A stretch of 37,778 nucleotides of DNA. Origin: a virus. A model generated the notes under the pieces. The model had not been told where the DNA came from and searched no databases. It saw only the letters and a program-made list of their open reading frames with translations. The stretch spans positions 1-37,778 of the IMG/VR virus record IMGVR_UViG_3300045988_060391. One strand, given 5' to 3'. Positions 22,456-30,211 of this stretch are shown here, one piece after another. Made by a program: the position numbers and the translations under genes. The first letter of the stretch is position 1. Each line of letters starts with the position of its first letter.

Positions 22456-22995
22456 TTATAACCCATTGCCGCGCACCAGAAGGTCCTGCTGGCCGCATGG
22501 CGTGAACTCGTGGCACTTGCCGCCGTTGTGGACGCACATGGGCACCAGCAGCCCGTCGAGCTCAGGGCAGGCCTCGATGGCCAGCTGGCACATGGACCGC
22601 ACGACGGCGCGCGTCTCGACGGCAGCAGCGAGGCACAGGCGCTTGTTGGCGATCACTTGCATCGCCTCGGCGTTGACGGACCAGATCATATCCACCGGCG
22701 CGTCCTGCGGGGCGCTGGTGCGATCGTAGACGCGCTGGCGGTCGTTGCGCTGCGTGCGGACGTAGGGCTGACACCCGACGTGGTGGCGGACCAGGTGCAT
22801 GGCTACCCAGTAGGGCACCTCCAGCCGGAACACGAAGCGCAGCTCGCGGATTGGGCTGTGCCGCGCTTCGAGGATCCGATGCTTCCACTCGCTGGTCGGC
22901 GGCGTCGTGGCCTTCTTGCCGACAGTCACCAGAGTGCATGCCTTGACGAGGGCCCATTCCGCCTCGGTCGGTGCTTTGATGAGATCAATCTGCAT
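22456..22995 (-). CDS. ThyX-like protein with a degenerate ThyX motif
   Basis: 179 aa. HSPIRELRFVFRLE..VAMHLVRHH and KRLCLAAAVETRAVVRSM resemble the ThyX core. However, the RHRxxSxxxxSxR motif reads RHHVGCQPYVRTQR. Confidence 0.5.
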   Translation of the reverse strand: MQIDLIKAPTEAEWALVKACTLVTVGKKATTPPTSEWKHRILEARHSPIRELRFVFRLEVPYWVAMHLVRHHVGCQPYVRTQRNDRQRVYDRTSAPQDAPVDMIWSVNAEAMQVIANKRLCLAAAVETRAVVRSMCQLAIEACPELDGLLVPMCVHNGGKCHEFTPCGQQDLLVRGNGL

Positions 22996-23407
22996 TTTTC
23001 TCTTCCTCCTGTTTTTCCAGTTTTTGAAGCGCCGCAGAGTGCGCCCTGTGGACCTGGCGCCAGCTGTAGGACATGATCACGCAGATGTCCTCCCACTTGG
23101 CGCCGTCGATGTAGCGCAGCCGGAAGATCTCCCGCTCGCGTGGCCCCAGCGTCTCGATGAGCTTCTCGACCTCCAGCTGCGCGGCGGTCAGCTCCTCGAT
23201 GCAGCGGCGGTACCGGCCGCGCAGCTCCTCGGCCTGGGCCACCAAGTCGGTCAGCTTGTCCGGGTCCTTCGACGGGCTGCCGGGCATGCCGGTGAGCACC
23301 TGAATCCGCGGTGCCGTCATGCGCGCCTCCAGGTCGGCCAGCATGCGCACCAGCTGCCGCAGCTCGCGCCTGCGGTCGCCATAGCCTCGCAGCTTCTCCT
23401 TTACCAT
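22985..23407 (-). CDS. Sigma-70 region-4-like transcription factor (candidate late activator)
   Basis: 140 aa. REREIFRLRYIDGAKWEDICVIMSYSWRQVHRAHSAALQKL matches a sigma region 4 HTH. Confidence 0.65.
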   Translation of the reverse strand: MVKEKLRGYGDRRRELRQLVRMLADLEARMTAPRIQVLTGMPGSPSKDPDKLTDLVAQAEELRGRYRRCIEELTAAQLEVEKLIETLGPREREIFRLRYIDGAKWEDICVIMSYSWRQVHRAHSAALQKLEKQEEEKNAD

Positions 23408-23727
23408 TGCGCGGACCCCCTCAGCTTCGCCTCGATCTCATGCGGCCGAAGGCGCCGCGCCTCCGCGTCCTTCATGATCGCCACATAATGGCCATAGCTG
23501 ACATGGGCTGCCCGGGCCTCGGCGTTGACCTTCGCGAGCGTTTTGGCAGCCGTCTCACCGCGTGCTTTCCGCGCTGCTTGCTCCCGTGCGCCGCGATGGT
23601 ACGCTTCGTTCTGCAGCCGGCGCCGGTTCTCTGCATGGCACTCAGGGCCGCACGTTTTGCGGTTTCCGTCGTAGCGGCCGATCTCGAACTCCTTGCCGCA
23701 GATGACGCACAATCCGATCATTCTCAT
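23401..23727 (-). CDS. Zinc-ribbon protein, unknown function
   Basis: Start at 23727 (RBS GGGAGGAGGG). CVICGKEF...CGPECH. Confidence 0.55.
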   Translation of the reverse strand: MRMIGLCVICGKEFEIGRYDGNRKTCGPECHAENRRRLQNEAYHRGAREQAARKARGETAAKTLAKVNAEARAAHVSYGHYVAIMKDAEARRLRPHEIEAKLRGSAQW

Positions 23728-23849
23728 CTTCCGTCGCCCTCCTCCCAGTCGTCGAGCTCGCGCTCGGCTTTTTCCATTTTTATCAGGCGGTACACCGTGG
23801 CGTATGCCGCCACGGTCCACAGAACTAAAAATAATTTAAATCCTGTCAT
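23724..23849 (-). CDS. Small single-TM protein (41 aa)
   Basis: MTGFKLFLVLWTVAAYATVYRLI... It has an ATGA overlap with the SNF2 stop and the RBS AAGGAGGG. Confidence 0.45.
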   Translation of the reverse strand: MTGFKLFLVLWTVAAYATVYRLIKMEKAERELDDWEEGDGR

Positions 23850-25230
23850 GCCTTGCCCTCCTTCACGATCTCCAGGCGCAGCGCCTCGATGGCGGCGGCC
23901 TGGCCTTTGTCTTTGTTGCTGAGCGCCTGCAGCACCCGGGTGTCGTGCGTGCCCTTGAGGATTAGGTGGTAAATTCGGCACACGCTGCGCTGTCCGGGGC
24001 GGTTCAGGCGTTCGTTGGCCTGCTGGTACAGCTCCAGGCTCCAGGTCAGGCCGAACCAGATGATGATGTGCCCGCCGTCCTGGAGGTTGAGCCCGTGGCC
24101 GATGCTGGCCGGGTGGGCCAGCGCGACCGGGATCTCGCCTCGGTTCCAGGCGTCAATGTCCTCGGGCTTGTCCAGAGCTCGGCAGGCGATCCGCTGCCGG
24201 ATGCGGTCCGCGTCGTGCTGGTAGGCATAAAGCACCAGCACCGGCTCGCCGCCTGCCTCCTCGATGAGCTCCTCCAGGGCGTCCAGCTTGATGTCGTGCA
24301 GCGGGTGGACCTGGCCGTCCATGTCGTAGATCGCGCCGTTGGCAAACTGCAGCAGCTTGTTGGTGAGCGCCGCCGCAGTGCCGGCCACGATCTCGCCGTC
24401 GGCGTCCAGACACTCCAGCACCTTGTCCCGCTCGAACTTCTTGTACTGCCGCAGCAGCTCCGGCGGGGCGTCCAGCTCGATGTCCTCGTAGATCTGCCCC
24501 GGCAGGCTCAGCACGTCCTCCTTGCGGATGCTCATGCAGATGTCAGCCAGGCGGTCGTAGACCTCCGCCTCGGCGCCGTCGCGCGGCCGGTAGCTATAGA
24601 CGATGTGGCCGTTCATTTTCTCCGGCAGCAAGTAGCGAGCCCGGAAGGCGCCCAGCGTCTTGCCCAGGCGCTCGCCCTGGTCCAGCAGGTAGATCTCCGG
24701 CCACAGGTCCTCCAGGCCGTTCGGCCGCGGCGTGCCGGTCAGACCGATGATGCGACGGATCCGGCCGCGCACGCGGCGCAGCGCCCTCCAGCGCTTGGCC
24801 GCGGCGGACTTGAAGCTGCTCAGCTCGTCGATTACGACGATCGGGAACGGCCAGCGATCGCCCAGCGTGTCGATCAGCCAGACGACGTTCTCGCGGTTGA
24901 TGACGTACACGTCGGCGGGCGGTCCCTCGATAATGCTGTAGACCGCCTCCAGGCGCTGCCGGGCGATGCCCATGATCTTGCGCACACGGAGGTGCTGCAG
25001 GTGCTCCCACTTTGCCGCCTCCTTGCTCCAGGTGTTCTCCGCCACGCGCTTTGGTGCGATCACCAGGACCGGCCCGTCCTCCATTTCGTCGTACAGCAGC
25101 CGGTCGATGGCGGTCAGCGTCGTGACTGTTTTCCCGGTGCCTAACCCATGCCCCAGAGCAGGGCGCAGGCCGGGCGTTCTATTATCCAGCTGATGCCCGC
25201 CTGCTGGTGCTTGTAGGGCGTGAATTTCAT
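23846..25230 (-). CDS. SNF2-family helicase, interrupted by a 1-nt frameshift near 25145
   Basis: The N-terminal 29 codons (MKFTPYKHQQAGISWIIERPACALLWGMG, stop TAG at 25141-25143) are in one frame. GLGTGKT, DELS and the C-terminal helicase motifs continue in the -1 frame. Confidence 0.8.
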
Positions 25231-25613
25231 GTGATCCCCTCCTTCCTCATTGCTGCGTGGAGCCTCGCGTGTTCGGCTTGGCTCCGTAGGATTTGCAGAT
25301 TTTCCGGGCGGTTGTCTCGGTAGTCGCCATTGATATGGTGGACCACTTCGCCGGCTTCCAGAGGTCGGCCCAGGATCTTCTCAGCCACGACACGGTGCTC
25401 GTGCCTGCCGTGGTCTTTTCGGTAGGTTTTGCCCTCGCCCCGGTCCAGCAGCGCCTCGCGTTGCTTTTCGCTGTGCGGGCGGGTTGGGTTCATTTCGGCG
25501 TTGAGGGTTTTCATGTGACAAGACTGGCTGCACCAGGTCCGGCCTTTTGCCTCATGCGGCCACCGCTCGAAGGTTTTGCCGCATTGCTCGCAGGTGCAGA
25601 TGATCTTACTCAT
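25227..25613 (-). CDS. HNH endonuclease (second copy; homing-type insertion)
   Basis: Start at 25613 (RBS GGGGAGGA). N-terminal zinc ribbon CTCEQCGK...CSQSCH, then HRVVAEKILGRPL..EVVHHINGDYRDNRPENLQIL..AEHARLH. Confidence 0.85.
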   Translation of the reverse strand: MSKIICTCEQCGKTFERWPHEAKGRTWCSQSCHMKTLNAEMNPTRPHSEKQREALLDRGEGKTYRKDHGRHEHRVVAEKILGRPLEAGEVVHHINGDYRDNRPENLQILRSQAEHARLHAAMRKEGIT

Positions 25614-25643
25614 GCCCCAATTCCTCCCCTTTGTTCGCATGGT

Positions 25644-25934
25644 TCAGCGCTTCGAGATCACGATCTCCAGTGCGTTGATGTCGCTACGGTTCTTGATCAC
25701 CCAGACGGTGAAGCCCAGGCTGCGGAGCTTAGTGTGCCACCACTCCTGCAGCTTCCGGACCTCGCCGCCCTTGGGTCGCTTAAGCTCGACGAAGATGATC
25801 TTGCCGCCGGGCAGCAGGACGATCCGGTCCGGCACGCCGGCCCAGCCCGGGCAGACCCACTTCAAGGCCATGCCTCCGTGGCTCTTGACCAGGCCGACGA
25901 GCGCCCGCTCGATGTCGCGCTCCAGCTGTGTCAT
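25644..25934 (-). CDS. VRR-NUC domain nuclease
   Basis: 96 aa. GVPDRIVLLPGGKIIFVELK gives a PD-(D/E)xK core. Confidence 0.8.
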   Translation of the reverse strand: MTQLERDIERALVGLVKSHGGMALKWVCPGWAGVPDRIVLLPGGKIIFVELKRPKGGEVRKLQEWWHTKLRSLGFTVWVIKNRSDINALEIVISKR

Positions 25935-28297
25935 GTGTTCGGCCTCCTTTCGTAGAAGCGCTGCCGGCCGTAGGGCCGGATGGTCGCGCGCTTGTTTCCG
26001 TTATGCCGCCAGCCGGGCATGCGCTCCATGATCTCGCGGATCTCTTTTCCGGCGTAGCGGTCCAGGCGGTCCGGGTTGCCGCCCAGAGCCTCCGCCCAGA
26101 TCTCCATGGTGCAGACGGTCGTCCGCGGCACCGTGCCCTCCTGCGTGCCCTCCAGCCATTGACGGCGGGCCAGCAGGTCCATGATGTCCCAGTCGGCCGG
26201 CAGGCGCCGCTCCAGGTAGTCCTGGACGATGCCCGCGCGGGGGTTCTCCTCCTCGTAGGTCTCCTGCACCTCGCGGGCGGCTGCCTCCAGCTCTCGCGGC
26301 AGGTACAGCGCCTCACCGGCTCGGTACAGCTCCACGGCCTCGGCCCAGATGCAGCGGACCGTCTCCGGCGTCAGCTCGTCCCAGAGGTTGCGCGTGGGCT
26401 CGTTCGGCGTGTCCACCACCCAGAAGCGACGGTTGCCGGTTGCGTCGCGCAGGAACTGCGTCTCGTTCGTGGTGCCGATGAATATGCACTGACGCGGGAA
26501 CTCCTGCAGCCGGCGCCCGTAGGCCGGGCGGAAGCGGTCCACCTGCTTCGAGATGTAGAGCTTGATGGTCTCGGCCTCGGCTTTCCGCATGCCGGCCAGC
26601 TCGCCCACCTCCATGATCCAGACGCCGAGCACCTGCTCGTAGGCGTCCTTTCCTTGCAGCGTGGTGAAGCTGTCGGAGAACCACCGGCCGCCCAGCTTGG
26701 CGATCAGGGCGCTCTTGCCGAGACCCTGGCGGCCCCGGAGGGTCAGCATATAATCGAACTTGCAGCCGGGGTTGTAGATACGGGCCACAGCGGCCACCAG
26801 CGCCTTCCGGGTGACGGCTCGGGTGTAGGCCGTGTCCTCGGCGCCCAGGTAGTCCACCAGCAGCGTCTCGACGCGCGGCACGCCGTCCCAGGCGCAGCCG
26901 TCCAGGTACTCCCGGACCGGGTGGAACTTGTTCTGCAGCGCCACCACGTTCACCGCGTCGAAGATGCGGTCCTTGCCGTTGATGCCGTAGGTCCTCTCCA
27001 GGTAGTAGCGGAGCGCCGCGTCGTCCGCGTCAGTCCATTGGCTCGCGCCTCGTGTGGCCCTCCAGGGCAGACTTGACAAGCTGACAATGTTGTGCTCCAT
27101 CTCGTTGAGCGCCAGCCGGCCGGCCAGCTGCGGGTCGTGCTGCAGGATGATGACGACGTTCTCGATTGTCTGGGCGATGGCGCCCTTCTCGGTGATCTTG
27201 AGCTTGGCCTTCCAGTCCTCGCCGTCCTCGGCCGGCTCGTCGAAGTCTGCGGTGGCCTCGGTCATGCGGTCGGCGACGATCTGCGCCTTGACGCGCTTGT
27301 CCTCGCTGGCCAGCTGCGCCATGGCCCAGTAGCTCGGCCGGCTGCTCGCCGGCGTGTCCGGGTTGCAGTCGCTGTCCAGCTCGCCGAAGCGGTGCAGCCG
27401 CACGAGGTCCCAGGCGTTGCAGAGCTGCCCGCTGGCCGGGTCTGTGCCGTGGTGGCTGTAGCTGAATTTGTCGTCGTAGATCACGACGCCGGCGGCCGTG
27501 CTGCCCTCGGTGTAGGTATAGCGCCCGGGATCGTCGCAGACCCGGTAGGTGGGCACATACTCGGCGATGGCCTCCTGGATGGTGTACGCCCGGCAAAACG
27601 CGCCGACGATGCCGCCCTTCTCCAGCGGGTCCTTCTGCTTGGCCGCAGTCTTTCGGACGACCTCGGCCACGCGGCTGCTCATGGGCCAGCTTGACACGTC
27701 GCGCCAGTTGTGGTATGTAGCCAGGACCGTGTCGGGATCCAGGAACGCACCGTCCGTGTGCTCGAATACATACGGCCCGTCCTGGCTGCACGACGGCCAG
27801 TACATCATGCGCTGCGGCTGGTAGCTCGTGTCGTCGAATTTGTCAATGCCCAGCCCGGCGGCGATGCGCCGGCCGACGGCTTGGTACTCGTCGCTGTCCA
27901 CGTTGCGCGCGAGCGGCACTACGAGCCGGTAGCGCGGCTTCTCGGTCGTGTGCTTATGCGTCGAGTAGATCGCCGCGGCGTTGCCGTACAGCAGCTCCCA
28001 GTCCGGCCACAGGTCGCCGTCGGCAAAGTCCGCGTCCAGACAGAGGATCGAGCGGAAGCGGATGTCAGACCGGCTGCCGTTGTTGCAATAGCCGCCGACG
28101 AAGCCACCCACGTCCTTGATCTGGCTCTGCTGGTCGCGGGTCATGGCCTTGTACTCGGCCATGGTCTCCGGCGTGCGGGTGGCGGTGCTCAGCCGGTCCA
28201 GCAGCTCGGACCACCGGATGGTCTTATTCTTCCAGGTCTTTGTCTTTCGGCTGTTGCCCAGGGCGATGTCCAGCGCTTTGTCGTTTTGGACGTTCAT
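25931..28297 (-). CDS. DNA primase/helicase (VirE-type, P-loop)
   Basis: 788 aa with an N-terminal primase-like region and the Walker A motif GRQGLGKSALI, in the usual module position. Confidence 0.8.
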   Translation of the reverse strand: MNVQNDKALDIALGNSRKTKTWKNKTIRWSELLDRLSTATRTPETMAEYKAMTRDQQSQIKDVGGFVGGYCNNGSRSDIRFRSILCLDADFADGDLWPDWELLYGNAAAIYSTHKHTTEKPRYRLVVPLARNVDSDEYQAVGRRIAAGLGIDKFDDTSYQPQRMMYWPSCSQDGPYVFEHTDGAFLDPDTVLATYHNWRDVSSWPMSSRVAEVVRKTAAKQKDPLEKGGIVGAFCRAYTIQEAIAEYVPTYRVCDDPGRYTYTEGSTAAGVVIYDDKFSYSHHGTDPASGQLCNAWDLVRLHRFGELDSDCNPDTPASSRPSYWAMAQLASEDKRVKAQIVADRMTEATADFDEPAEDGEDWKAKLKITEKGAIAQTIENVVIILQHDPQLAGRLALNEMEHNIVSLSSLPWRATRGASQWTDADDAALRYYLERTYGINGKDRIFDAVNVVALQNKFHPVREYLDGCAWDGVPRVETLLVDYLGAEDTAYTRAVTRKALVAAVARIYNPGCKFDYMLTLRGRQGLGKSALIAKLGGRWFSDSFTTLQGKDAYEQVLGVWIMEVGELAGMRKAEAETIKLYISKQVDRFRPAYGRRLQEFPRQCIFIGTTNETQFLRDATGNRRFWVVDTPNEPTRNLWDELTPETVRCIWAEAVELYRAGEALYLPRELEAAAREVQETYEEENPRAGIVQDYLERRLPADWDIMDLLARRQWLEGTQEGTVPRTTVCTMEIWAEALGGNPDRLDRYAGKEIREIMERMPGWRHNGNKRATIRPYGRQRFYERRPNT

Positions 28298-28315
28298 GTG
28301 ATCGCCCTCCTTTGT

Positions 28316-29032
28316 TTATTCATTCATGAGCTCGTCCACGGTCTCGGCGATCCGCTGCTGCGCGATCGCGTGGTATTTCTCATCTTGCTCGAAGCCGATG
28401 AACTGCCGGCCGGATTTCAGACAGGCCACAGCCGTAGTGCCGCTGCCCATGAACGTATCCAGGACGACGGCGCCGGGCTCGGTGCTGTCCTCGATCATCT
28501 TTTTAATCAGCTCGACGGGTTTCTGGGTCGGGTGGACCTTCTCGCCGTCCGTGCTTTTCGCTCCGGAACAGAACGCCTTGATTCGCCAGACGTTGGTGCC
28601 TCCCTTGTGCAGCAGCTTGGACGCCGCCGTGCCGAAGATAATCAGTTCATGGGCGAAGGTGTAATAGCTGCCGGGGCCGCTCAGCTTATCCCACACAATA
28701 AGGTTCCGAACCGGTAGCTCGGCGTTGATGATTGGGAAATAAAATGCGTAGCCGCGCCAGTCTGTGAAGTAATAAAAGGCGCCCTCAGGTTTCAAAACTC
28801 GGCGGAACTCCTGGAAAAGCTGTTTGTAAAACGGCTTTGCAATGGACAGGTCGCCGAAAGTCTGGTTGCTGTTCACCTGGTCGCTGTTGACGGCGAACGC
28901 GGTGCCCTTGCATCCGGCGTGGCCCATGCTCAGGAAGTAGGGCGGATCCGTGACGATCAAGTCCACGCTGTGGTCCGGGACCTCCCGCAAGCCGTCCAAG
29001 CAGTCGCAGCAGTCGATGTAGTTGAGCCTCAC
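28316..29032 (-). CDS. DNA methyltransferase (N6-A/N4-C, beta class)
   Basis: GTG start. Motif IV TDPPY precedes motif I FMGSGTT. Confidence 0.85.
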   Translation of the reverse strand: MRLNYIDCCDCLDGLREVPDHSVDLIVTDPPYFLSMGHAGCKGTAFAVNSDQVNSNQTFGDLSIAKPFYKQLFQEFRRVLKPEGAFYYFTDWRGYAFYFPIINAELPVRNLIVWDKLSGPGSYYTFAHELIIFGTAASKLLHKGGTNVWRIKAFCSGAKSTDGEKVHPTQKPVELIKKMIEDSTEPGAVVLDTFMGSGTTAVACLKSGRQFIGFEQDEKYHAIAQQRIAETVDELMNE

Positions 29033-29187
29033 GATCTCACCGCCCTCAGCAGCTTGCGCAGCCCTCGCATGGCTCCGTCACCGTCGCCTGCGAGCACCTG
29101 GCCGCGGAGTGTTCGGTACTGCTGCGGCGTCAGTCGGTGCCGGTAGGCTTTGATCGCCAGCAGCGCGTTGGTGTCTATTTCTTTCAT
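29029..29187 (-). CDS. Small protein (52 aa) between the PAPS-reductase-like and methyltransferase genes
   Basis: MKEIDTNALLAIKAYRHRLTPQQYRTLRGQVLAGDGDGAMRGLRKLLRAVRS. A GTGA overlap couples it to the methyltransferase. It is not in the ORF track. Confidence 0.45.
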   Translation of the reverse strand: MKEIDTNALLAIKAYRHRLTPQQYRTLRGQVLAGDGDGAMRGLRKLLRAVRS

Positions 29188-29192
29188 GGCTC

Positions 29193-30206
29193 TCAGTCCT
29201 TTCGTTGGGCTTTCATTTTCTCTCTGAACTCCAGGTACTCCCGGGTGTAATCATAGGAGGCGCCGAAGATGTTCAGGCAGGCCTTGTAGAATTTCGGCTC
29301 GTACCGCTGCATGAGCTCCAGCTCCTGCTCGAAGTCCTTGCCATACGGGCAGCCGGGGCAGCCTGTGCGTGTCATGCCCCAGACCTCATAGCAATCGCTA
29401 TTTCTCAGGCCGCGGTTTGTCTTGTAGTCTTTTTTGTCGTCGTCAGAGAGCCAAAAGAGCGGCCGGTATTGGTCCGGGCCCGCGGTCACCTGCGTGAAGC
29501 AGCTCTTGTAGGCTTCGGACCTCGCGCCCTTCTCAGCTTTTCGGACGCCGTTGCAGATCAGGTCGAAGTCCTCGCCCGCTTGGAATTTTGCGGCGGGTTC
29601 TTTCTTTGCCTTCTCGCAGCATTTCGCGGAGATCTTGAACGTCGGCGGGCGCTGCATCATGAACTCCTTTAGATATGGAATATACGCGATATTAAAATTT
29701 GATTCCGCGCCGTTGTCCTTTTTCGGCCAGTCGTTACACCACCACCGAAGAGCCGCCCGGCAGCGCGGGTACTTCTGAATCAGCGCGGCGAATGGTTCGT
29801 CCTCCCATTGGAACCCGTGGCGCTGCAGGCGGTAGATGTATTCGCTAATTCGTTTGGACCAGAAGGGCACGCCGTACCTTTTGCAGCAGGTAGGGATAGG
29901 AAGTACCGGTGGCACCCACTCGATCGTCCTGCCGTATTTCTCCTCCAGCTCGTGCAGGTGCCGCTTGGCTGCGTCGTACTCCATGCCGGTATTGAAATAA
30001 ATGAACCGCGTTTTTTCTCCAGACGGATCCAGACGCACCAGCAAGTCCATGAGTACGTCGCTGTCGCTCCCGCCGCTGATCGAGGCGCAGATGTTGCTGT
30101 GGTGCTTCACCTCCAGCCACGCCTTCGAGAGCATGTCCTGCAGTGCCGCCGTCGGAGCAGTCAGCACCACCTCGTCATGGAGTTTTTTATAAAAGTCGTC
30201 ATTCAT
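29193..30206 (-). CDS. PAPS reductase-family PP-loop protein (IbrA/DndC-like)
   Basis: 337 aa from the ATG at 30206. PP-loop SGGSDS. Cys-rich C-terminus: KCCEKAKK and CYEVWGMTRTGCPGCPYG. Confidence 0.75.
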   Translation of the reverse strand: MNDDFYKKLHDEVVLTAPTAALQDMLSKAWLEVKHHSNICASISGGSDSDVLMDLLVRLDPSGEKTRFIYFNTGMEYDAAKRHLHELEEKYGRTIEWVPPVLPIPTCCKRYGVPFWSKRISEYIYRLQRHGFQWEDEPFAALIQKYPRCRAALRWWCNDWPKKDNGAESNFNIAYIPYLKEFMMQRPPTFKISAKCCEKAKKEPAAKFQAGEDFDLICNGVRKAEKGARSEAYKSCFTQVTAGPDQYRPLFWLSDDDKKDYKTNRGLRNSDCYEVWGMTRTGCPGCPYGKDFEQELELMQRYEPKFYKACLNIFGASYDYTREYLEFREKMKAQRKD

Positions 30207-30211
30207 TGCTC

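Noticed and set aside
25141-25147. Programmed ribosomal frameshifting in the SNF2 helicase
   Set aside because: There is no X_XXY_YYZ heptamer or obvious stimulatory structure. A one-base difference in G-run length explains the split more simply.
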